A program made the position numbers and the translations under genes. A model generated the notes under the pieces. It made no database searches. It was not told the origin of the DNA and was given only the letters and a program-made list of their open reading frames with translations. From Auanema rhodensis (taxonomy: Eukaryota > Animalia > Nematoda), in contig OZ059897.1 of the NCBI GenBank assembly GCA_964057225.1, forward strand, positions 7,378,001 through 7,442,000: a stretch of DNA of 64,000 nt, read 5' to 3'. Shown here one piece after another: positions 1-12,200 of this stretch. Every line of letters begins with the position of its first letter. Position 1 is the stretch's first letter.

Positions 1-163
1 GTCCTCCTTTAGCAAATAGTCTACACTAGTAGACAACATGTCTCCTCCTCTTTCTCCACCTCCTGTTCGCACCTCCCACCCTCGTTCTTCTTTTCTCTCA
101 AATTTTCCTTTTCTTTCTTTATCTTTTCTTTAAAACGAGAAGAAAGACACGTTGATGACAACA

Positions 164-1541
164 TGTTAGACCAAGTAAGAGATTAGATGGATTTCCATGC
201 ATGGATGCTGATCGCGTGGAAGAGAAATGCCCTTCACCGGGTCACCATCTATGCACGGAGATTCCTCTCCTGAAATGTCGTTATACTTCCTTATTTGGCA
301 AATTCTGTAAAAAATTTGCAGGGAGAAAAGATGTTTTTCGCTGAAATCTGTCAAAACAATAGTTTTCTAAAGCCCACATCTACATGCTTCAGATTGAGAG
401 TAGACCATACACACAACAGGATAATTGAAAGTCTCACCTCTTAAACTCACTTATCTCGTTCTTTCGAAAGGAATGGAGCATTTGACTACTCATTCATATT
501 TGATGGATTCTTCCGCATTCTTAACGATGTATTATATCTTAAAGACCGAATAAGAAGTCAAGAGGAAGATCAAGATAAGGTCATTTGGAAGACTATAAAC
601 TATGGTGGAACCTCGGCGGGAGGCAAATTACAAGGTACACCTCAACATCTAGGTATCAATCAAAGTAATCCTAACCCATAAACCGAATACGGATGAATGA
701 TCAAATAGATATAGAAATATATTGTATAGATAAGATGAGTTGGACTGTTAACCAAGCGTAAATGTTCACCCGGTGAAGGCTCTATTGCTTAACCGAGGGG
801 AGCATTCACGATAGGTATACAGCAAGTTTCAAAGAACTGAGAGGATAAGGGATCATGCGGGGGTAAGCTTGTAACGCTTTCCTCTCTGCTGAATGTGTCT
901 CTAGTCATATGCAACTTGAAGCTATGACCAAGCAGGCACATCCAGAAGAGGGGTAAGCAGCTTAAAGGGCAGGTTCTAGTCATGCAAAAGAAGCGAGTTA
1001 ACTGCTCTATGGATAGCAAGTAGACTGTGATATGAGCACGAGAGCCAGATCATCAGCTATTGCCATCAATAGAAGAGCCTCTGAGCTTCTCGAAGGGAAT
1101 AGGAATGACAATCGGGAAGAATCCCTGGGTGGATGTATACCCGGTGAAGGTCACTAAGACTTCATCGTAGCATCACCCACCAAGGAAAACTTCCCTTGTC
1201 AGTGTGAACAGAGCAATGAGGAACATGAAAGGTAATAATAAAGGAATAAATAGTAGAAAACTAGTTGAAGAAGTAGAAGAGTGTAGTCCTGGATTAGTTC
1301 TGGTCGCCAACTGGAGAGCTGGAGCAGTTGATGTGCTTGTGCTGTTGAAATGACCTGGTCACCAGTCTTATATAGTAGCCTGATTTGCCAGGAGCAGAGG
1401 CGGAGCTGACCTACTTACTCTGGCGCCCACTTTCTTCTCACAAATCCTTACCGCCAAATTTGGCAATCTGCCTTTTTTGCCATTGGCACGTATCCAATGG
1501 CTATTTTTATTAATAATTGTAATAATCTTATGAACATGACA
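164..1541 (-). mobile_element. Putative LTR-like repeat fragment (boundaries uncertain, may extend past the left edge)
   Basis: GC-richer than flanks, with no spliceable gene. The minus strand begins TGTCA at 1541 and has a CTATATAAG TATA-like box near 1369-1377. ACCCGGTGAAGG occurs at 768-779 (+), 1139-1150 (+) and 231-242 (-). No target-site duplication or gag/pol ORF was identified. Confidence 0.3.
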
Positions 1542-3151
1542 AGAGGTACTGAGAAAAAGATAGAAATATATTGGTAAATAGGGTAGAAAAGTAGAAAAAG
1601 CTTACCTTTACAGTAGAAATATTAGGATTTTGAAATTTCATTCTATATTTTAGGTGTAATTGAGAACTGTATTCATGCTGATTTCCAAGCTTTAAAATTC
1701 TTTTCAGGATATTTCAATTATAAATCTCTTGATATCTATTTTGTTTTTCTTGTAACTTTCAATCATTTTCTCACATTTATCGTCAAGTAGGTCTTTGATT
1801 TCGGTTTTTGTTATATTCTTTGTCTGTTGATCATCAAATCCTATCATGATCTCTGTATTATATACAATGGGCGCTATCATCTTTTTCTAATGTTTCTTCA
1901 CACAATTTATACAATATAAATATTATAAATATGTACTTTTATGCGAAATATAATCAATAACAACAATTTTTTTTGGTTTAGAGTAGAGTTTACTTTCCAA
2001 TTGTTTTTGATAAAATATCAATGATCGGTCGCACCTATCCTCCCTCTTACCTTTTTAACTTTTTTAACTGAAAATGACTGAAAATTGAAATTCTCTGGCC
2101 ATTAACTCAAAATCCTTTGAGAAATACAAATTTAGAAGTGATCATGTAACAGATTAATTACGTAATATTCTAATGAGTTGTTTGCTAATTGTGTAAGTCA
2201 CGTGAAGAAGTGTTTATTTACTTTTTCTAAGATCGCTGTAACCGGTTGCACATGAGCTATAATACAGTTTTTATAATCTTTTTATTAATTATTATTAGTT
2301 TATTAATTTTTTTAGCTTACATTTTTATTGTTTACTATATCATATAATTGTATTTATATTATGAATCTTGATTTCTTAGATACCAATAATCAATCATTAT
2401 TGTCTTCTGTCATAAGTTTAGATAGTTGTGTAGCCTTACTATGACGCTGTTATCCTGAGATATATACAAGTTTTTGGGATAATATTTATGAGGAGGACGA
2501 GAGGGAGGAGTAATTATCAGAGCTCGTCATCTTTCTTATTGCTATTTTTGTAGTCAACATCTACTTACCGAGATAGATGACACATGTGCCTAATCCACTA
2601 GCAATATCTCCTTGCGTTAGCATTCTCACCTGATCATTTTCTTGATCATACTAGTACCTAAGTCACTAAACTTTCCAACACATCAGTAGCCAACGACATT
2701 CCCATGTTTTCATGCAGAACATCAATTTATCGATTCAATTCTATGATACATGGTGTTTTCTTCAGAACAAGTGCAAATGCAAAAATAATAATCGATGATA
2801 ACCAAGAATAACTCGTTGAATACAGAAAGGACTCCAAGTAGTGCAGTTGGATCTTCCTATCTTTGTTTTTTTATGATTAGAAGCTTGATCATGCTCCTGT
2901 TATTAAAATTGAATCGTTGTATAAAGCCAACAGATGTATTTTCTCACCATTTTAGGATTACGATATCTTTATCTAATCTAATCCTAGTGGTTGAGAAAGA
3001 GAGAGACATAGAGAGATAGACAGATATCTTTGTGACATTAATGGAAGTTTGATAGACGACAACTAGCGCACCTTGAGTATTTTTTTAACCAAAAACAATT
3101 CATTAAAGTAAATTCTTGCAGAAAAAATATGGTATAGAGAATGAAGTGTTT

Positions 3152-4161
3152 TCATAGTTTTCTTCTTTTCGGGTTTTTGCTTCTACTTTTTGTTTTACAG
3201 TAAGGACATGTAGGGGCATTTCTATGGATTTGTGCTTGGCATGATTCGCAAGTCTGAAAGTGACAAAAGATGTTCGAGAAAAAGAAAAAAATTGTTTTCA
3301 CCTTCATCTTGCTTGGCTCGTGTAAACTGGGTCTTCCATTGGATAACATATGAAAATCTGTAAGAAATGACGTTGATTTGCGTAAAATTGTATGAGAATT
3401 TAACTGTTTTGATAGAAGGGTAATAAGCTCATGCTGAGTAAATCGGCTGCACTCATGATATCGTTTTGGGGAATAATTCTTAAAATGAAGAAGACATTGT
3501 TGGAGATTTGAGAATACTGTCATCACATACCCATCTAACATATCATTGTGAAAAGGTTCTATTGTAGGTGAATCGCCATAATCATCTTGTAACGAACATT
3601 GTGAGAACTGAAAGCGAAAAAGTTGGTGACACTTCAAAGAAATGGATAAGATATAGTATACATACTGATGTGTTAGCAGCTTCCCTAAGAGTATTCAAAT
3701 CATCTAAACTTCGCATAAGCTTTTGTTTTCGACTTTCTTGTTCAGAGCGTAATGCTTTAAGATGATCTTCTCCTAAGTTAATATCCTAAAAAAAGAAAAA
3801 GGATGATATAGTTTGATGAGTCAATGAATGAGATTGCCTGGTTTATTTGTCGCAATTCTTCTGCATGTCCTTTACGTTCCAATTCTAAATCTCCTTCTAA
3901 TTGTTTACATTTACTAAGAAAATCTATGAATTCTGAAAAATGGAAGGATTTCTTTAAGTATTCCACCCAAGAGAATATTGAACATACCGTCAAGTTTTGA
4001 CATGTAACTTCTTAAATCTTTAGATAAAGTTTGTAATGTGGAAATATTTTCGCTAAATATTAAAGAAATTTTGGATGAAATGCTTGACTAACAAACCTGG
4101 CTGCTGTTATATTATTAAGATGTAATGTTAAGCCATCTAGATCAAGTGCTTTTGTGGACAT
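3152..4161 (-). CDS. ZC4H2/VAB-23-family zinc finger protein, divergent tandem paralog (multi-exon)
   Basis: Spliced ORF from [10 protein letters not shown]. Coiled coil [24 protein letters not shown] resembles ZC4H2 [24 protein letters not shown]. C-terminus is [32 protein letters not shown]. Requires a GC-AG intron at 3786-3837. Confidence 0.85.
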
Positions 4162-5998
4162 GGTGCAAATAATGTGAAAACTGAAAGAACCGAATGAAGA
4201 CGAGTCAAGATATGTATATCCTTTAATTAAAGTGATGAAGTAGGCTGTTTAGAGAATATAAGAATTCGATTAAGCTGCAGCTTCATAGCTGAAAGCTGAA
4301 TAAACATCAGAAGTTGAATCATTTAAGGCTTTATAGTAGTGAGTAGTATAAGATTGAAATGAAAATGAAATAATGAAAAAGGTAGATGGAAATAGGAAGA
4401 AGCCATTGTACACAAACTTCACATTGACAGGTTCAGTACAGTTTCCGGAACTTGAACAAGGTGCTAGAAATCTACCGTATTCATGTTAGATTTTAGTTGA
4501 CTGAGGTAATGAAGCGTGATAATATTGGAAAGAAATACACACTATAGAAGAAATTCACATGCAAAGTATGATCTAAATAGATGAGTGATCAGAAAAATTA
4601 CATTATATGATGATCTCGGCATGCTAGACTGGGGCAATTTCATCCGCCAATTTCTAATTTAGGAATGTGAATTGGAAGTAAAATCATGTCGTCTGAACGC
4701 AATAAGAAGAATGTTGAACTGCGGATTTCTGAATAAAGACTATTAGCTGAGAATGTCATGGGAATCAGGTGGAGACTAGATGAAGGTTAGCTATCCTCAC
4801 TGTCTGAATGGCCTCAGGGCTCTCAGCCTCGTCGTCGCTTTATCACGTTGCGGGCAATTGCTTAGGTTGAATTGAAGAAGTGATTCATCTTGAACTTATC
4901 GAGGTAGGTATGTTTTACAAGAGAGACTTGAGAAGGAAAGGAAGAAGATCAAATGAAGTTACTTCAAGATGAACACAGTAAAATGGAAAAAAACTGAATA
5001 AAGGCTGATAGAAAAAGTTCCAAAATATTTCAAAAATATGAGCTTGAGAGTAGGTAGGCAATATCAAGCTCACGGATACGAAGGAAATGAAATGTTAGCA
5101 CGCAGTTCATTATCAAGTTGCAAGTCTAACTTCCTATGATTCAACAGGATTCGGAAGGTAAATGATGTAGAGTGGCATGAAAAAGTTGTAAAAATGATTT
5201 CAAGTATCAAGATTATGGTAATTAGGCTGGCGGTAATATACAAAGCACTGAAAAACATATAATATATCTTATACGGTATAGTTAATTTGCATATTCTCAT
5301 GATTACATAAGACTATCTAAGTTCATAGATAGGCAATAAACAAGTAGAATAAATAAAACTCTTTGATATAATAAGTTTTATGAAGCTTAAGCTCATGAAC
5401 AAGTTTTAGAAGAAGACAATTTTGTTCATTTGAATAAACAATTAATGTGTAATTTCAGAAGTGAATACGAGCTTTTTCAAAGTGTTTTGTGAGGTAGTGC
5501 GTATGCATCCATGAGTCGTGCTGTAATGGTTCAGCCTCTCTCAAAACATTTCGATCCTGGTAGGAAGATGGAACAAACCAAATACTAGAGAGGGAGAGAA
5601 AAAAACAAAAAGGGAATCAGAGTTTCTGCCGGCGGTCTTCATCGTCAAGACAGCCGATCCAAAATAATGATGATGAAGATGTGATGTGCAAACTGTTTCA
5701 CAACATTCACAAGAGAAAGAGTAAGGAGAGATGGGAGATCATTAGAGAGATAGAATAGTGTAAGCTCTTCGTTGTCGCCTTTTCTTATTCACTTTCTTTC
5801 GTTCACTTTTTTCTCTGTTCTCTCTAAATTTTGTTTTAAAAACGATGAGAAAACTGCGATGACATTTCAACTAAGTGTAGCTATTCTAATGGAGTACTTT
5901 TCTTTTAAATGTCTACTAAAGAACTTCTTACAACAAATATATATCCAAAAGATCCTAAAATTATTCAAATTATATTGTATATTAATCCATTTGTATTT

Positions 5999-6033
5999 TC
6001 ACGTGAAGTTCACGTGAGATAAATTTCACGTGA
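5999..6033. promoter_or_regulatory. Cluster of three TCACGTGA E-boxes (HLH-30/TFEB/MAX-type)
   Basis: TCACGTGA at 5999-6006, 6010-6017 and 6026-6033 in an otherwise very AT-rich context. Confidence 0.5.
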
Positions 6034-6434
6034 GTATATTATTTTAATATTTGAGCAGTTGAAGAGCGGTTGAAACTGAATTAAAAATAAAAATTAAACT
6101 TTAAAATGTTGTTTGGAAAAATAATTTCTGAATTTCATTTTCATATTTTATTCATAACAGTTGTAAAAATATTTATCATATGTTACATCTATGAGGTTAA
6201 CATATACAAACTCAAACTATTCGTTTATATATATTTCAAATGTAATATATATGAGAAAATGCATTTTAACTTTACCAGTACCAATAATTATTTTATAGCA
6301 TATTTCAGTTGGCGATTTTTCAACCCCTAAAAGGTTAGATTTACTGAATGGAGTTAGAAATAAAAAGTTTTGCATGGATTACGCCTCTATACTACCTTGT
6401 GTTCATGTCGGCCAGCTAGAAAGCGTATTTCAAG

Positions 6435-6517
6435 CCGTCGATAGCTCAGTTGGTAGAGCGGAGGACTGTAGAGTTGTGGGCATCCTTAGGTCGCTGGTTC
6501 GAATCCGGCTCGACGGA
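6435..6517 (+). tRNA. tRNA-Tyr(GTA) with a 10-nt intron (6472-6481)
   Basis: Acceptor stem CCGTCGA/TCGACGG+A, A-box TAGCTCAGTTGGTAGAGC, anticodon GTA at 6468-6470, T-loop GGTTCGAATCC, and a downstream T-run terminator near 6522. Confidence 0.97.
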
Positions 6518-6738
6518 ATTGTTTTTGCCTTTTTACAAAGCATGTGTTGATGTTATAGAATGATGTTCGAAGCATATTTCATTCGATTTGATAAATATAA
6601 ATAAGATTTTTCTTATTTTTATTTTCCGGAAATAAAATGGAAAATTGAAAAACCGAAACTGTACATTGATTATTAACAATAAATAGCATACTGATAATGT
6701 TGAACATGGGATCAATAACTAGCTGATTAATTATCATT

Positions 6739-9214
6739 TCAAATATCTTTACGTTTTGGCTTTTTCGGGTTTTTACTACGAGATTTGCTTTTGCACATTG
6801 GGCAGATAGGAGCATTTCGATGAATTTGTTGGAAACAAGACTGGCATTGCTGAAAAAAGTAAAGTAATAAAGATATATCAGATGAAATAATCATACTTTC
6901 ATTGGCGGACTTTGATGATCTGTTGACTTTATATGAGTAGGGACTGGAGGACCACGGAAAGCCTGCAAATTTAATTTCAATATACTCTCAATTAGCGTTA
7001 TATGCATACTGCTGGTGATCCTGATAAGAACATTTGCTCGAAAATAGCGGAGGGATTCATCATAGGATTCAAATTCTTAAATGGATGTAGAGGAGATGAA
7101 GCGACTGAAGTTGGTGCAGGTTGAACTGATTGAAGTAAAGCTGCTTGGGATAATCTGCAACACGTATACTGATTAGAACAGAGACTCGATAAAACACATT
7201 CTTACTTTGATATATCTGCATGTGGAATATCTTCAGCTGTGATCAGATTTTCCTCTCCTAATCCACTTTCACGAATTTTATCATTGGACTTAAGAAATGA
7301 ATAATAAATGTGATACTCTATGCGTAGAATAAAGCTACCTGTTCCATTAATTTCATAAGTTGCTCGTAATTTTTCAAAATTTTTGATTCCAAGTCACGCA
7401 TTTCAAATCGAGTATCTTCTACTTCCTTTTCTAATTCTTGTTTATCATGATTAATAGCTTGAATAATTTCGGAATGTTCATCCTTTTCTCGATTCAGATC
7501 ATCAATTGTTTTACTGACTTCTTTTATTAATCTGAAAGAATAATATATTTAGAAAAGATGAAACATATCAAAACGTACATCTCATTCGATCTAAATTCTG
7601 CTAATTCTCTCAATAATTCCTTTTTCCTTCTCACATAGTCGTCCAATTTCCATCTGAAATACATACATGAGAATTGCTTCAAAAGAACTAAAAATCCCGA
7701 TATTATTCAGGCTCGCGAAGCTGTTAAGAGATCGTCAATATCTCGAATTAAAGGAAATACATGCAATAGCTGGATTGTAATCTTTCGTCTGTTTAATCAA
7801 GCCTCGTAAATTGAACGCGAAGTGCCAAGAATGGAGAGTTTACGAGCTGCTGTGGCAGATGCTGGCATGATGCTACCAAGCCATATTTAGATTTCTAACC
7901 TATATTACATATATAGTTATACATATATGCTACGGATCTGTCGATGGAGTAATAAAACATGTAAATTACAAGTTTTTTTTTCCAACAAAGGTGACAAGTT
8001 TATAGCTTTGCTATCAAACTTTCTATCAAATGATTGGAAAGAAAGGATTATGTGACATACCATATGCTATTATACATTTGAACATGAACTCGGAGATGTT
8101 ATGCTACCATGAAAAATATTTTGTTTTGTACATATATAATTCTAATTAGCATATTTATCTATAGTTTTATTACCTTATATGGGTTTATGAAATGTTTGCT
8201 CAAAATGTATTGTTATTAATCCTCAAATTCATTCTTCTAATCAAGTACATTGGATAATAGGACTGAGAAAAAGATGGAAGAACCATTGTAAAAGGATTTG
8301 TTTCAAAAGAAAACTACTTATGGATGTCAAAACACCTGGTCGTATACGGACATCACGTCAGATTCAGATACTAAGGGTCGGGTCGCTTAGTTATCTCCTC
8401 ACCCTACCTATCCTCCCCTCAATCATCACATAACTCAAGTGCTCAAGATTTCTTCTGCTCATATACATGTCTCTCTCTATTTCTAGATTAATACATATAC
8501 ATATATGATACTCAAAAAAGAACAAAAGACTTAATACTATTACCGTAATCCTATAGATGAAGTAACGACACTTTGAAGAGCCAGACGCAGGGGGGAGGAG
8601 AGAACGGTAACGATCCAGGCGCGAAGCGGCTCAACTCAAAGACAATGCATGATGGAGAGGGTCGAGCTGCCAGCACATTAGCTGTTTGTCAAGCCGAAAA
8701 ATCATGTGAATCGGTGGTGATCAGAGCTATTAGGATAGAAAGATTTAAAAGCTAAATGAACAGATGATGATGAGGATGACGATGATGATGTTGAAGGAGA
8801 AGATGATGTAAACCGAGAAAGAGTGAACCCAGTATTTCAATGAGTAATCGAGTTATAATGCAGACAGTATCAGAGATTTCAACTGCATTTTCAACTCACG
8901 TAAAACGACTTTTGTCTCGTTTTCTCATGAAAAGGAGGCAAAGTTTATTTGTTTTTTTCTTACAAATCACATTACCCTGCTGACACAGATGGTTAAATAT
9001 CCAAAGTGGACATGTATCTCTTTCAAAAGAAAACATCAGGATCCGAGGTCATTTCAACAATCAGATGTCTTTCAATGTAATTCTCATACATTTCAATAAA
9101 ATTCAATAGTACAGGAGGTAATTGTAAATCAAGTTCGAAAACTTACTTGGCTTGAGCAATACGGTTGAGCTCTTGCGCTTGATGAGCTTGATCTGCTACT
9201 AACGGCGAAGCCAT
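6739..9214 (-). CDS. vab-23: ZC4H2 zinc finger coiled-coil protein (VAB-23 ortholog candidate)
   Basis: Spliced [32 protein letters not shown]...[17 protein letters not shown]...[21 protein letters not shown]|[36 protein letters not shown]. The C-terminus is nearly identical to the ZC4H2 motif [40 protein letters not shown]. Confidence 0.9.
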
Positions 9215-12200
9215 GGAACCGGGAACTGCTCTAAAAAAATAATAATAATGAGAATCTAGCACATAATTCACTTTTACAATTGAAAATGGTTAAAGAAAAG
9301 GTAAGTGATGACCACTTTGTTTGATTAAATGGGCTATTAGTTGAGATAATATACTGAGTGAAAGGTGGTGGCAAGATGAGTTATGGTGCTAAAGATGAGC
9401 GGCATCTGATAGCAATTAGTTTTGTAGCAGGTCGGCGCGAAGAAAAAGTTGATAAAAATTGATTTTCGAAGGAGAATAAGTTGAAAGAAGAGCAATATTC
9501 CTTACGATGATATATATTTTGATGATGTAGCAAAGATGAAAAACATATCTATGTGTGAAGAAAAGGTACAAGCTGTATCTTGTGTGTAGGGGGGAGGGGA
9601 GGGTGTTGAAGTTCTTGGAGTAAACAAATGCAGGAGGTTACCGTAATCAAGACGACGGAAATATACAAGTATGGCACCTGGACTATTATCCTAAGAGAGA
9701 GATATGGGCAGGACTTCTGCGAATAAGATGATGAGTAGGAGGAGAGGAAACTGAATGAGAAAGTGCATAAGAATAGGAGAGACAAAGACAGAGAGGAAAC
9801 TTTCAATAAAAGAAGTTAGAAAAGAATGAGAAACGGAAATGAAAATAAGACAATATAACAGAACAGGAATGGACAGCTCGAATAAAGTTTTAGATTTTTT
9901 TTGCTGTCTACGTACAGGTCAAGCCATACATACTCTGCGTTTAAACAAGAGAAAACAAAAAATAGTTGAAAATAGAATAAAATGCAGAAAAAACGGAAGA
10001 AATGAGAATGAAAAGAGGAAGAAAAGTGAACTAAACTGTACATTGTCCGGAATACAAAATGCTGGTTTTCAATGTCTTGCAAGTATGGTCCAGACTATCT
10101 GGCTATTGTCCTAAACCTTGACTGGTGATGCTTCCCGTGAGAACATTCACAGCAAAGAGAGAAAAAAATGATTGAGAGCACAGAATCGTACAGAAGAAAA
10201 ATGAAAAGTTAACTTTGCAAAAAAAAGAAGAAGAAGAAGAAGTTTTTTCTTCAACCATTGGTTATAAGGCAATTTGAATTAGTAACTGACAATGCTCTGG
10301 GAAGATGGGTAGTTAGTAGGTCCACATTGTTGTGCATGAGTCAAGCTACCAGCACTTATTGAAGAATAGAGAAGGCATTAATTCTGCCGAGAATTAAAAC
10401 TTAAAAAATAGAAGAAAAAAAACGTTTCGAACACAAACGACAAGTGATTCAACTGCAAGAAATCGAAGAAGAAGGAGAAGAGGAAAGAATATATAAGAAT
10501 ACTTGTGACTTTTGAATTGAAGGAAGAAACGATGTACGATAGTAAAAGGAACAAGAAAAGGAAATGTACTAATAGAAATATGGTTATGTAAAGCTTTCGA
10601 GAATAGAATATCATTTGGTGAATAGTATATGGAACAAACATCTATGACTATGTCTGTCATAAGCATAGGACCACAAGCATAGGATTGAAAGAATGTTATG
10701 GGAATGTCAAGATAAACATTAAACTATATAAAGGTATTTTAACATTTCTTCAAAAACTATACATATAGTATATATAGTCAAATGGTTAAAGAAAATAGTA
10801 AATAGACATAGCATAAATAAGGTAATTGTCATCTGGCATTGTCTGATAGGGAATCAATGTGATTCAGATTTCAAAATGCCACGTTCCCATAGCATTAATG
10901 CGGTCAATTCTGATCTTCCTGAATCGCAGAGCCTTTGATCCAAGAAAATAGAAATAACATCATCAAACTGATTCATATTAACGATGTATAATTCAGTTTG
11001 GGTACATTTGAATACATGCAGGTGAGCTGGGTATGGTGTGCAACCGCTCTGATGTAACATTTTCATTAAAAATGAAATTTTTGTGCAATGATTTGAATGA
11101 TTTACAAAGTTTTATCGATCGATTTCGGCTTGATTGGGAGTGAATAGCTTGAAAGGACACGGAAAAATCAAGAAAGAAGCAAGACGAAGTAGTGTCTGGA
11201 GTTAGAGGGAAGTTGACTCATATAGAGTGTAATGGAAACGAAAGGAAAGTTAAGGAAGAAGATTAAAATGAGGAATTTTTTGTTATTTTTCCATAAAAGG
11301 TCATAGACATAAGAACGGCTGTACGTATCTATGCATCGATATATTTTAAAATGAAAACGATGCTCATGTATTCATCATCGCATAACTATCAGAATTAATG
11401 TAATGACTAAGGAGGTAGTCCTTTTCAAGGTTAGAATACTTCAAAAGAAACCTATTTCTAAGTCGTTTTTCTATCTGAAAATCAGAAAAATGATAGAGGG
11501 CAGAAGTCTGCATCACTTAGAGATTAACAGATCGATAAACGAATGTAATTTACACACATACATGTATCCTAAAATATTCTAAGTAAAGACATTCTACATG
11601 ATGCCTGCCATGCTATAGCAGAGGAGTATAGTACTCCGGTTTCATCATCTATCTTAAAACTTTCTGAAATAGATACACTTTTACTAAACACCCTTGTTCT
11701 CTTCACTAGACTTGTATTTTACTTGGGCAACCTTCAATCATTCATTCAATCTATTTGCTGACTGTTTGACTCATCACAAAAAGGAATTGCCACCAGTTAA
11801 AGCAAGAACAGTGTTTCTGTGAGAACATCAAAATGAGGAACAAGTATTTCAAATTAATATTCAACGACTAACGTGAACATGCTTTGAAACGGCGATACTA
11901 AGCACCAAGAGAAGAGAAAAATAGAGCAAGAGAGGTACGATGCTCAACACATTAAAATTCAAAAAAAACTTCTTTCGGGAAATCAGGCTTATGCTCTAGA
12001 AATCGTTCTAAATTGACCTGATGGCTTCACCAGATGTGTGAATACAACCATCTAGGGCAAGATATCTGGGTTCCCAAGAGAAGGCTGTAGTACCAGGAGT
12101 GACTGCTGCTGCTGATGCTGCTGCTGCTCACCCTCGTCACCGATCCCACCCCTCACCCTTGCCCTATCTCAACTCGCTTGTCTTGCTCTCTCGCTTTATA

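Noticed and set aside
10133-12081. COE/UNC-3-like sites TCCCGTGAGA and TCCCAAGAGA upstream of ace-3
   Set aside because: Degenerate matches more than 10 kb from ace-3 cannot be supported without conservation data.
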